From Enterobacter phage EspM4VN, in sequence record LC373201.2: a stretch of DNA of 64,000 nucleotides; one strand, written 5' to 3'. Shown here piece after piece: positions 20,247-28,559 of this stretch. The first letter of the stretch is position 1. Each line of letters starts with the position of its first letter. A program made the position numbers and the translations under genes. Under the pieces are notes generated by a model. That model ran no database searches. It had not been told where the DNA came from and saw only the letters and a list, made by a program, of their open reading frames with translations.

Positions 20247-20605
20247 TGGAAAACAAAATCAAATTGACCTGGCGCGTCGCCCCTGAACCAACGGGGCGCT
20301 ATCGCTCCTTTGAGCGCCGCGCATGGCCGTCAGCCGAGTACAAGAACGGCGCTTGTGCGGCCTATATGTCTCACGAAGAAAGCTATGAACCATCTGTTCA
20401 CCGAAACGCGACTGATCTCGTCATTAAACTTCACATCGCCAAATGGGATCAGAAAGAAGACGGGCGCTGGGGATTCAAATGGCGTGTGTTGAACAAGCGC
20501 GCTTCTTCCATTGCAGAAGCCAAACAAATCGTGGAAGAGTTCCTGAATGGTCAGGCGAAGAACTCTGTGGTGCACCCGGACTACCGTGGAGGGGAAGTGA
20601 AATGA
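20246..20605 (+). CDS. hypothetical protein (119 aa)
   Basis: ORF; TAATG-type overlap with the upstream gene. Confidence 0.5.
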   Translation: MENKIKLTWRVAPEPTGRYRSFERRAWPSAEYKNGACAAYMSHEESYEPSVHRNATDLVIKLHIAKWDQKEDGRWGFKWRVLNKRASSIAEAKQIVEEFLNGQAKNSVVHPDYRGGEVK

Positions 20606-20607
20606 AG

Positions 20608-20629
20608 AAAGGGGCTTAATGCCCCTTTT
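20608..20629. terminator. bidirectional intrinsic terminator between convergent genes (AAAGGGGCttaaTGCCCCTTTT)
   Basis: Hairpin flanked by an A-run and a T-run, between plus-strand 20246..20605 and minus-strand 20631..21089. Confidence 0.6.
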
Positions 20630-20630
20630 G

Positions 20631-21089
20631 TTATTCTTCCCAGAAGTCGTCATCGTCACCGACGGCGGCCAGTTCCGTGTCCAGGTCTTCATCACTGAAT
20701 GGTGGCAGCACGCCATTCTGGATCAGATAATCCATCTCATCGTCTTCCAGCTGCAGGTCAGTAGCAACATACAATGCTCCGCTGCCCTCTTCGTCCGTCT
20801 CGATGCTGTATGACGTGTATGCCATGCCATTCACCGTGATGATCACCGACGTTGGATCCTCGGGATCTACGTGCGCCTCGAACGGTACACCGTCAATCGG
20901 CGCATCTTCCAGGAAGGTGGCAAGGGCTACTGCTGCGCGGACAACATCAGTGCCTTCAACGCCAGCATAGATTTCTTCCGCGCCCGTCTCTTCACGATCA
21001 AACAGCTCAATCGTGATGCCGTCTTGAACGCCAGTCCAGACTGGGGCGTCGCTTGGGCGTTCTGATTCAAACAATTTGGAGGTTAGCAT
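20631..21089 (-). CDS. highly acidic hypothetical protein (152 aa), late-promoter driven
   Basis: ORF. CTAAATACCCCATATGG late-promoter motif on the minus strand about 30 nt upstream. Confidence 0.5.
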   Translation of the reverse strand: MLTSKLFESERPSDAPVWTGVQDGITIELFDREETGAEEIYAGVEGTDVVRAAVALATFLEDAPIDGVPFEAHVDPEDPTSVIITVNGMAYTSYSIETDEEGSGALYVATDLQLEDDEMDYLIQNGVLPPFSDEDLDTELAAVGDDDDFWEE

Positions 21090-21120
21090 GTTGGGTTCCT
21101 CAGTGGGTTAGCCATATGGG

Positions 21121-21128
21121 GTATTTAG
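21121..21128 (-). promoter_or_regulatory. late promoter motif CTAAATACCCC (minus strand)
   Basis: Exact copy of the motif found upstream of structural genes. Plus strand reads gtatttag. Confidence 0.5.
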
Positions 21129-21588
21129 GCTTCCCGCTTGGCGAGGCCTGGTTTGTACAGGACGATTTCACGCACCATAGGCACCCCAGAGCGGTCCAGC
21201 ACGATGGTGGAGTCATAGCCCGAGCAATTAGCGCGGCGGCGTTCTCATGGATCTTACCAGCTTCGATACCGAGGGCGCGCATTGCATCTTCCCATGCGGA
21301 CACGTTGTTGGAGTCCAGTTCGAGCGGCTTGTTGACGTTGACGTTGAACACCAGCACATGAGGTTCACCAGTCTTGCGATAGCGAACGGCGTTTTCAGCA
21401 TAGCGCTGTGCCTCTTCTTCACTACCAGTCAGATAGAACCCAGGTCCCATCGTACCACAATCAGTCTGACCGAAGCGCTCAAAGTCGAAGACATCGAATT
21501 CTACGTTGGAGCCGTGAAAGAGGCGCATGTTACCGAACTTGGGTTCAGCCTCAGACGCCTCGCGGAAATATTCAAGAAAGGTTTTCAT
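21125..21588 (-). CDS. hypothetical protein, apparently frameshifted near 21231-21242 (GC-rich gccgccgcg)
   Basis: N-terminal 120 aa are well-formed (MKTFLEYFRE...GKIHENAA). A second frame gives a plausible C-terminus (ANCSGYDSTIVLDRSGVPMVREIVLYKPGLAKREA*) whose stop lies inside the late-promoter motif. A one-nucleotide insertion would fuse them. Confidence 0.4.
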
Positions 21589-21627
21589 AGATACCCCACA
21601 CTGGTTGTATGGGGTATTTAGGAGGGA

Positions 21628-22821
21628 TCAGGAAGGAGTGAAGGTGTTGACGTTCACTTCATCTGGGATAGCCAGTTCAGGGCATGCTGCCTTCATTGGC
21701 TCGATGTACGGCTTGCTACCCACGATCCAGAACAGAGTGTTCTCGTTGAGCAGCTCTGGCTTGTGTTGTTGGATCCAGGTCATGACCTTGCCTTCATAAC
21801 GCGGATGCAGTTCGATATCACCCCACTGATAATCCATCAGGTCATTGTAACGAACCCAATTGGTCGTGTGAAGATCCCAATGGTGTACCTCGAAGCGAGG
21901 AAGCGTTATCTCTGGCTCGTCCTTCTGCCTGATACCACTTAGGAGGCCAGCCAGCGAAACGCTCTTAGAGGCATGCTGAAGCTCCTTCTTGCCGTGCACA
22001 TAGTCTGGGTTGTCGTGATAACGACGAGTGAAGTCGACAATGTGAGGCAGATTGGCTTGCTTGCCAATGATGCGTAGGCGGCTTTCAATGAAGTCCAGGC
22101 GGTTCGGACCAATGCCGATCAGATATACGCGCTTCAGATTAGGCTTCGGATGCATTGCCAGTCCGGTCAGGATGCTCGTGCATGAGTTGCATGAGCCAGC
22201 AGGGATAATCAGATCGGTAATATGGTCAGGGATGTTGGAAACCTGCTCACCACCTAGCATGTGGAAACCTGCGATTCGCTCAGGGGAATGCACTGTATGG
22301 TCAAGGGTTATCCCATACTCCAGATAGTATGCCTTCCGGTTGGTCTGTTCGATGAGCTTCTTACAGCGCGGCTGGATGGTGCTGTTGTAGCCCGAGCCGA
22401 CGAAGTTGAACTCACTGCCAAACCAGGCGCTCATCTCCACCATGCCATGGTTCATGCAGGTGTTTGGTTTGGTCGCGCCCAGGACTGTGGTCGTCTTGCC
22501 GCCGAAGTGCCGAGAGACTGCCGTCGCCATAGGGGACTGCGGACTACCAACGACAGTGCCGTGGATGATGTCAGGAGAGCCTCCGGCCTTGAGGTGCTCA
22601 ACCATCAGCCAGATGGCCTGGCGGAGTTTGCTGCCATTGATGCCCTGCTGGCCATTTGCATAATTGGACAGCGGCGCAAAGTAATCTTCACGCTTGAACC
22701 AGACCTGCTGATTGGTTTCTGGGTTGGCAACGAGTTCACACGGAGTGTGCTTGTAGAGATAATCTTCCCAGTGAACCAGGTTGCGGTCGAGGGAAAGGGT
22801 ATCGAAGATGGTCTTGTTCAT
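21628..22821 (-). CDS. PLP-dependent enzyme, fold type II (ACC-deaminase/D-cysteine desulfhydrase-like), candidate thymidine-hypermodification enzyme
   Basis: 397 aa. NGSKLRQAIWL resembles the GGNKxRKL lysine motif. IIPAGSCNSCTSILTG resembles the Gly/Ser phosphate-binding loop. Confidence 0.5.
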   Translation of the reverse strand: MNKTIFDTLSLDRNLVHWEDYLYKHTPCELVANPETNQQVWFKREDYFAPLSNYANGQQGINGSKLRQAIWLMVEHLKAGGSPDIIHGTVVGSPQSPMATAVSRHFGGKTTTVLGATKPNTCMNHGMVEMSAWFGSEFNFVGSGYNSTIQPRCKKLIEQTNRKAYYLEYGITLDHTVHSPERIAGFHMLGGEQVSNIPDHITDLIIPAGSCNSCTSILTGLAMHPKPNLKRVYLIGIGPNRLDFIESRLRIIGKQANLPHIVDFTRRYHDNPDYVHGKKELQHASKSVSLAGLLSGIRQKDEPEITLPRFEVHHWDLHTTNWVRYNDLMDYQWGDIELHPRYEGKVMTWIQQHKPELLNENTLFWIVGSKPYIEPMKAACPELAIPDEVNVNTFTPS

Positions 22822-22890
22822 TCTATTTCTCCTGTAGACATTGGCTTATCATAGCGTATCTACAGGAGTATAGAAAAGGAGAATCTCAGC

Positions 22891-23592
22891 TTACTTGGTC
22901 AGGAAGTAGAACATCCGACGTAGGAAAGACGATTTGACGGCAGGCTTCTCCTTCGGCACTGGGTACTGTAGGATCGGAGGAAGTTCAGGGTCTTGGCCTA
23001 CAGGGGCACCGAAGTCATTCAGAACACGACTGGCCGGAGGAGTCGGCGGTGTCGGCGCTTTCGTTTCACAGGCCGGAACGATGTTCACGACGTGACGCGG
23101 GGATCCAGCGGGATCATGAACAACCACATTACCTTGCACACTGACAGGCTTGACCAGAGTCTTTTCATACTCGCGAGCCATGGCCTGGTACTTCCGATTC
23201 TCTGCGTCGAAGTCCATGGCAACGACTTTGCGACAACGGCGCGTTGCGCTCTCGTCACCGTAGAAATCGTATCCGTTCTTAACCAGCCAGTGCACAGCAC
23301 GTTCAAATGATTGGAAGATCATGAACGGCTGACCATTGCCTTCTTCGGCAGCAGTGATGCTGGAGTAACCCATGAGCACAACCTGGCCTTTGACGCCAAG
23401 ATCAAACGTCATACCGAGGTTTGGGATGTCTTTGTCACGACGGAAGAAACCATTGTCACGGTGGATATAATTCGGCGACAAGAACTCATTCAGAGTACGT
23501 TTGTTGCCTTTGTATTCAAACAGACGGAGGCAGACCGGAGTAGACAGGTGCTCCCAATCTTCTTCGTTAGTCCAGATAGAAACATTACGCAT
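22891..23592 (-). CDS. hypothetical protein (233 aa)
   Basis: ORF track. Confidence 0.5.
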   Translation of the reverse strand: MRNVSIWTNEEDWEHLSTPVCLRLFEYKGNKRTLNEFLSPNYIHRDNGFFRRDKDIPNLGMTFDLGVKGQVVLMGYSSITAAEEGNGQPFMIFQSFERAVHWLVKNGYDFYGDESATRRCRKVVAMDFDAENRKYQAMAREYEKTLVKPVSVQGNVVVHDPAGSPRHVVNIVPACETKAPTPPTPPASRVLNDFGAPVGQDPELPPILQYPVPKEKPAVKSSFLRRMFYFLTK

Positions 23593-23662
23593 TGGTGTAT
23601 CCTCAAATCAATGATAGGGGTTTAACGGTTAAATTTTAAACCCCTATTAGTTGTTGAACAAA

Positions 23663-24181
23663 TTAGATGGTATTCATGTAGAGAGGGACAACCTGCTCAG
23701 CGATCAAAATGATCTCGTTGATGGTAAAGTCGCCGCCATAAGAGTTCAGCTTCATCTGCGCCCCGTTGGTCGCGAGGTTCCCTGCCTTGTCAACACTGAA
23801 GAACGTGATGAAAGAGAGAACGTCCGGAGGCGGTAAACTGGAATCACGGCTCTTTGACAACTGGTTGCCAGTGGAGCCGACAAAGTCCAGCAACATTGTC
23901 CTGTTGGAAGTTGAACCAGACCATGTTCCGATAATGTTCACCTTGACAGGCAAGATGGAATCTACGGGAAACGCATGGAATTTATGATCAGACAATTTGA
24001 AGAAAGGAGCTAACCCGGTCACGGACGAAGGATGTGGTGTCTTGCCATCCAACAACGTTAAGAGATCAACACCAGTCGCTCCAGCAGGCAAAGCCGCTGT
24101 AAGGCCAGAGAACCTCACTTCGACTTTGATGCGATGCGTCTGAAGCATATTGCCCAGATAAGGAGAAGGTAGAATGGCCAT
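23663..24181 (-). CDS. hypothetical protein (172 aa)
   Basis: ORF track. Confidence 0.5.
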   Translation of the reverse strand: MAILPSPYLGNMLQTHRIKVEVRFSGLTAALPAGATGVDLLTLLDGKTPHPSSVTGLAPFFKLSDHKFHAFPVDSILPVKVNIIGTWSGSTSNRTMLLDFVGSTGNQLSKSRDSSLPPPDVLSFITFFSVDKAGNLATNGAQMKLNSYGGDFTINEIILIAEQVVPLYMNTI

Positions 24182-24189
24182 GGCTCCTC

Positions 24190-24426
24190 CTAGGACACGA
24201 TAATAGAAGAAGCGGAAGACGCGCTCTTAACCCATCCGACCGTTGGTGGGGTGAGCACAACGATATTACCTTGATAGAGAGTATGAGCCGGAGAGGAAGC
24301 ACTCGGTGTGGTTGGACTATCACACAAATACACAGAACCTTGAGTCACTTGTATTGTTTTCAATGATGTGCCATCTGAGACTTGCGTCCATGTACTTGCG
24401 TCCAGAGTAAACTTGGCTGTTGCCAT
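24190..24426 (-). CDS. hypothetical protein (about 78 aa, start MATAKF)
   Basis: AGGAGG RBS. A T4-consensus late promoter TATAAATA lies about 27 nt upstream. Confidence 0.5.
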   Translation of the reverse strand: MATAKFTLDASTWTQVSDGTSLKTIQVTQGSVYLCDSPTTPSASSPAHTLYQGNIVVLTPPTVGWVKSASSASSIIVS

Positions 24427-24453
24427 GATACACCTCCTGTACAAGTTCAGATC

Positions 24454-24461
24454 TATTTATA
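24454..24461 (-). promoter_or_regulatory. T4-type late promoter TATAAATA (minus strand)
   Basis: Exact gp55-type consensus upstream of 24190..24426. It is preceded by the terminator hairpin AGCCGGATAaggaTATCCGGCT + T-run (24462-24495). Confidence 0.5.
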
Positions 24462-24907
24462 CCGGACAAAAGAAAGCCGGATATCCTTATCCGGCTATGC
24501 CACATCGATGGGATGGGTGGAAAGACTACACACTTCGCACTGGTACTGCCTTATGGGAGAGCGCGTCAGGAGTCGAACCTGAAGTCGTCGGCGTAGAGAA
24601 AGCTATTTGCATTTCACTATCCTCGCCTCGATTTTCTTAACTTCCTAAACACCCGATTACGAGAGAGTCGACATGCACATCTTCTAACTCTTCAGGAAGT
24701 CACGCCCAAAATATGATTTGCGATGATGGACCCATTCCATCTGGGGCTGGGTGAGTGGGAGTTGAACCCACAACGCTTGGCTCGCTTTCCCTACCATTCA
24801 GGCCACCCAATTCCAGGAGGTAGAACACCTTTGCCGTCAGTGTCCATGCGCCAGTCTTCCGCCCTAGCCTCCACTCGCGTCTGGGATTTCCGCGATGATC
24901 GCAAATT

Positions 24908-24996
24908 TGGCGGAAGGTGAAGGATTCGAACCTTCGGGGCTTATAAGCCCCACTCGATTAGCAATCGAGTCCCTTAAACCTCTCGGGCAACCTTCC
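24908..24996 (-). tRNA. tRNA-Ser (anticodon GCT), CCA encoded
   Basis: Hand fold: acceptor GGAAGGT/ACCTTCC, anticodon stem CTCGA/TCGAG with loop TTGCTAA, long variable arm, T-arm GAAGGTTCGAATCCTTC. Confidence 0.7.
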
Positions 24997-25063
24997 AGTA
25001 TTAGCCCCTCCCTGTCACCATCCAGGAATCCTGTAGGAATCGAACCTACACGAGGGGGTTATT

Positions 25064-25147
25064 TGGAGCGGGAGAGCAGGATTCGAACCTGTCCAGTGAT
25101 CGTCGCCGATGATCAGTCAGCTACTGGCCAACCCCTATGGCTCCCGC
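25064..25147 (-). tRNA. tRNA-like gene, possibly tRNA-Ile (GAT); atypical variable region
   Basis: Acceptor GCGGGAG/CTCCCGC, anticodon stem GCTGA/TCGGC with loop CTGATCA, TTCGAAT T-loop, CCA encoded. The D-arm and T-stem are imperfect. Confidence 0.4.
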
Positions 25148-25255
25148 GAAATTAGGACGGGCTTCACACCCGATTGTGCATTTCATCTGCCCGTTTGAAG
25201 GGCGACCAGTGCCTTCTGGTCAGATACACAGCGTGGCTGCAACGCTTACTGTGTT

Positions 25256-25339
25256 TGGTGTGAGTGGATGGATTCGAACCACCGCGCTGTTACGGGGAGA
25301 TTTACAGTCTCCTGCATTCGACCGCTCTGCCACACTCAC
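25256..25339 (-). tRNA. tRNA-Tyr (anticodon GTA), CCA encoded
   Basis: Acceptor GTGAGTG/CACTCAC, anticodon stem GGAGA/TCTCC with loop CTGTAAA, long variable arm, T-arm GGTGGTTCGAATCCATC. Confidence 0.6.
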
Positions 25340-25584
25340 ATTTGGTCTACCGCTACGTGCTGGGCCACGCTCGAGGACATCGGCCATCCTTCCTCAGCTA
25401 ATCCACGCAGCGGCAGATTTGTTTCAGAGTGTCCGGTGTAGCAACCCGTGAGGTGCGCACTACTGTAGCCTCTACACTCTGAATTTGGTGGGCGTTACTA
25501 TCGTCGTCTTCGGATTCCGTTCGGCTATTGGACAGAGGCTTGGAGCTTGTCGGTTGCGTACTTCGTGCCTATCCACTTTCGTTC

Positions 25585-25660
25585 ACACCCATTGTCTGGC
25601 GACGATGGCAGGACTTGAACCTGCGACATACGGTTTAACAGACCGCCGTTCTACCGACTG
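25585..25660 (-). tRNA. tRNA-Asn (anticodon GTT), CCA encoded
   Basis: Canonical 76-nt cloverleaf: acceptor GACGATG/CATCGTC, D-arm GTTCAGTCGGTAGAAC, loop CTGTTAA, T-arm GCAGGTTCAAGTCCTGC. Confidence 0.75.
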
Positions 25661-25673
25661 AACTACATCGTCT

Positions 25674-25871
25674 TTATCCGTGCTTGTTCGCTTCAATCGC
25701 CCTTAATTGGGCATCAGCGTCAGCTTTGGTGTCATGTGTCCCAAGAACCTTCGTCTTGGTGTGGTCAAGGACAACCCACTTGTCGCCTCGCCTTTCAACA
25801 AACTCGACAATCTCTTTGTTGTCAGTAGCGAGGCCATCCCACTCAGCAATAAAATCACCGAACGTTTTCAT
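25674..25871 (-). CDS. small protein, paralog A (65 aa, MKTFGDFIAEWDG...)
   Basis: ORF 14 nt upstream of tRNA-Asn. The ATG has a GGTGAG RBS. It shares the MKTF.EF N-terminus and a roughly 40-nt conserved leader with 25908..26135. Confidence 0.45.
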   Translation of the reverse strand: MKTFGDFIAEWDGLATDNKEIVEFVERRGDKWVVLDHTKTKVLGTHDTKADADAQLRAIEANKHG

Positions 25872-25907
25872 CTTACTCACCAATTGTTTATTGAACAACT
25901 GGTTTAT

Positions 25908-26135
25908 TTAAACCCCGTACACGATGCCACGGCCTTTCGGTGTCTTACCATTACCGAACCATTTCCCTGTCATCTGAGCAGAGCCTGGTGTACTGGCAAC
26001 AACAAATTCACTACCACCGTGACCTTCTTTGGTGAATTCGGCCTTTGGATTCTTCTTCAGGCAGACCTGTTTCCATTCATCAAAGTCATTGTATTCCTTG
26101 TTGGCTTCGGTCAGGAATTCTTTAAACGTTTTCAT
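25908..26135 (-). CDS. small protein, paralog B (75 aa, MKTFKEFLTEANK...)
   Basis: Tandem paralog of 25674..25871 with a near-identical 5' leader. Confidence 0.45.
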   Translation of the reverse strand: MKTFKEFLTEANKEYNDFDEWKQVCLKKNPKAEFTKEGHGGSEFVVASTPGSAQMTGKWFGNGKTPKGRGIVYGV

Positions 26136-26559
26136 GCTACTCTCCAATTGTTTGTTGAACAACTGGTTTATTTAGGTGCTCCCGAGGCGGCATTTCAATT
26201 CCGCGATCCCATCACGCCTGCCGTAGACCGGAGCTTGCTGGCAGTCCAACAATATTTGGTGTTCCCTGAGGGAGTCGAACCCCCAACTTCCGTTATTCTC
26301 AACAACCTTCCCCAGTCCGTGCAGTCTGGTACTCAGATGTCTACCTTCACGTTCGCCTGTATCCAAGCCTATCTCTTCATTTAACCTTACAGCCTCAATC
26401 TGCACGGGTGAAAGAGCTTCAGAGATACTGCCATACAACGGGAACAAAACTGGCGGGGTCTGAGGCTTTTCACCTCACCTGCTGGGTTTGGCCGCCCAGC
26501 CGTTCTCTATGAGGATTCGCTGTCCGGACAGCTATCCCTTAAACTATCGCCCCTCAATT

Positions 26560-26639
26560 TGGTTGGAGGAGAAGGATTCGAACCTTCAACGGCTGCCGCC
26601 ATCCCCTCAGGGAATGTCTACCCCTTCCATCATCCTCCA
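26560..26639 (-). tRNA. tRNA-Ser (anticodon TGA), CCA encoded; unusual U1-A72
   Basis: Acceptor TGGAGGA/TCCTCCA, anticodon stem CATTC/GGATG with loop CCTGAGG, variable arm GGCGGCAGCC, T-arm GAAGGTTCGAATCCTTC. Confidence 0.5.
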
Positions 26640-28412
26640 AATTATTGTGTGACCAACCAAGGACTGTCAACCCTTTATCCCGTTTGTGCATGATCAGTTC
26701 ATGCAGGCCTCTTTGTGCTGCCTCACGGCAACGCGCTTCTGCTGGTCATTGGCTTGCACCGTAGCCTCACAACAGGCGTTTATTTTTCCAGGGCTTTCCA
26801 CTTGCAAGTCTTGACCATACAGGGATACGGGCTTGCAAGATCGGGTTGGTAACAACTCTGATGGCTCTGAACGTTCTTTTCACTAGTCATCCACAACTGA
26901 TATTCGGATGTCCAGAGCCATCAGAGTTGCAGCCAGGCTACAACCCGCACTTCAGTGTCTTCGTCACACTTCGGCACTTGTCCTCTACGCTCGGACCAAA
27001 CGAGGCTGGCCGACATAAACATAACACCACTCATCACTAGAGCGAGGATGTGGTTGATAGCCACGATGTATGCCTCTGTCGCAGAGTGATCACGCTTGTC
27101 AGGATGATCACTGTTTTGCAGTACCTGCCGCAAAGTAGAGTTCTCTGAACTTCAATGACCCCTCATCTTGTACTATCGCCGTCGGGAACGTTCACCATGT
27201 GAATCAAACCTTTAGGTTAAGTTCAATGTCCAGAGGACTCTACTTTGCGTTGTGGGGGCAAACCCCCACACGGCTACTTCTTTAACAGGGATTGCTAGCC
27301 CTGGGGATTCCACTGTTTAAGGCTTTATCCCATAACGCCTGAGGCGTGTTCTCAAACTAATAGAGTTTGCTTAATTGCAAACTGATGTGGCTATGGGACA
27401 CATCTGTGACGTATCTCTTATCCGGATTCGAACCGGATTTATCCTGGCAGAGGAATCTAACCCCTTTACCTCGTGGCAACGAGGACGGTCAACAGACCTC
27501 AAGATACGTCACAGATGTGTTGCCCGTCACTTGCCAGAGATCGGGGCGGATGGTAAGACTTCGCTCACATCTGGGAGGACACTGCTGTCGTTCGCGACCG
27601 ACAACCACTCAGATATATTTCAATCATGTTGTGGTGCAATGCCCTCTCAGATGTCGGCGGGAGCTTATTAATCACACCCTCCCGCCTATTGTTAGTGCGC
27701 CGAATTTTGTTATGAGGAGTCGGAAGACCTCACTGACTTATAGGCTATTACGCCGCCATCAGAACTACATCATCGTTTGCATTTATTTTTGTGGTCTGTT
27801 TCTAAAAACCCGCAAAGTCACGCACAACGAAAACGAAAACCTGTTTGAGCACAAGACGCCATGTCCTGGGTTCACATCGAAGTGTTTGTCTAGTGCCCAA
27901 ACAGCTTTTCGTTCAGTGGGTTAACTATACTTTGTAACCCGTTATTGACAAAACTTTAAATCTGCCGGAACTTACGCATCCGGCCTCGCCTGTTGGTGCT
28001 CCTTCGAATCCGGGAAGATCAGCAGGAACTATGAATCAAGTTAATTCGACCAACAGGAACCTTTGTGTTGCCCTTTGACGCAACATTATGAACCCTCTGT
28101 GAAGACTCATAATGTTGTCGGCGTGATGGAACCTGGCAGATCCGACCTCCCCTATATGTTGGTGTCGACTTGCCAACGGGGTGCTCTCAAGCATCTGAGC
28201 TAATCACGCTACAACAGGGAGTTTCGTTCTCCGACGGTCAGTGCGTCCACTAACACCATGCAAGGTGGATATTCCGCCTCTATTCACACAAGCCCCTGAG
28301 ACTAGGGGTTAACTGGTTTTGGGCTGCAAACCCGACTCCCACTGTGCTGTTTCCCTCGTGTTTAATACTTTACCGCAGACCAGCTAATTTGAAAAGTCCT
28401 CTCCTCTTTGAG

Positions 28413-28559
28413 CTACACTGCCCACAGCAGTGCGGACGAACCTTCACTCAAAACCGGATGCGCCGAAGTGGGCGACTGAGTACCGGACTGATCGGGTAGA
28501 CCCAGGAGAGTAAAGGTAATCCCGATCAGGAGGATAAGGAGCAACATCATGTAAAACAT
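28413..28559 (-). CDS. small hydrophobic peptide (48 aa, MFYMMLLLILLIGITFTLLGL...)
   Basis: Below the ORF-track cutoff. GGAGGG RBS 7 nt upstream. Single TM helix. Confidence 0.35.
   Translation of the reverse strand: MFYMMLLLILLIGITFTLLGLPDQSGTQSPTSAHPVLSEGSSALLWAV

Noticed and set aside
25486-25579. Possible 94-nt class-II tRNA ending in CCA next to tRNA-Asn
   Set aside because: An acceptor-like pairing exists, but I could not build a T-arm or D-arm. Likely a coincidental CCA.
27398-27520. Retron-like msr/msd interpretation of the 19-bp inverted repeat
   Set aside because: No reverse transcriptase gene anywhere in the window, and the interior looks tRNA-like rather than msd-like.
27367-27924. 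185-aa and 98-aa plus-strand ORFs in the ORF-poor region
   Set aside because: R/S/C-rich junk-like composition with no RBS. They overlay the tRNA-like elements and the long inverted repeats. Treated as chance ORFs over structured non-coding sequence.
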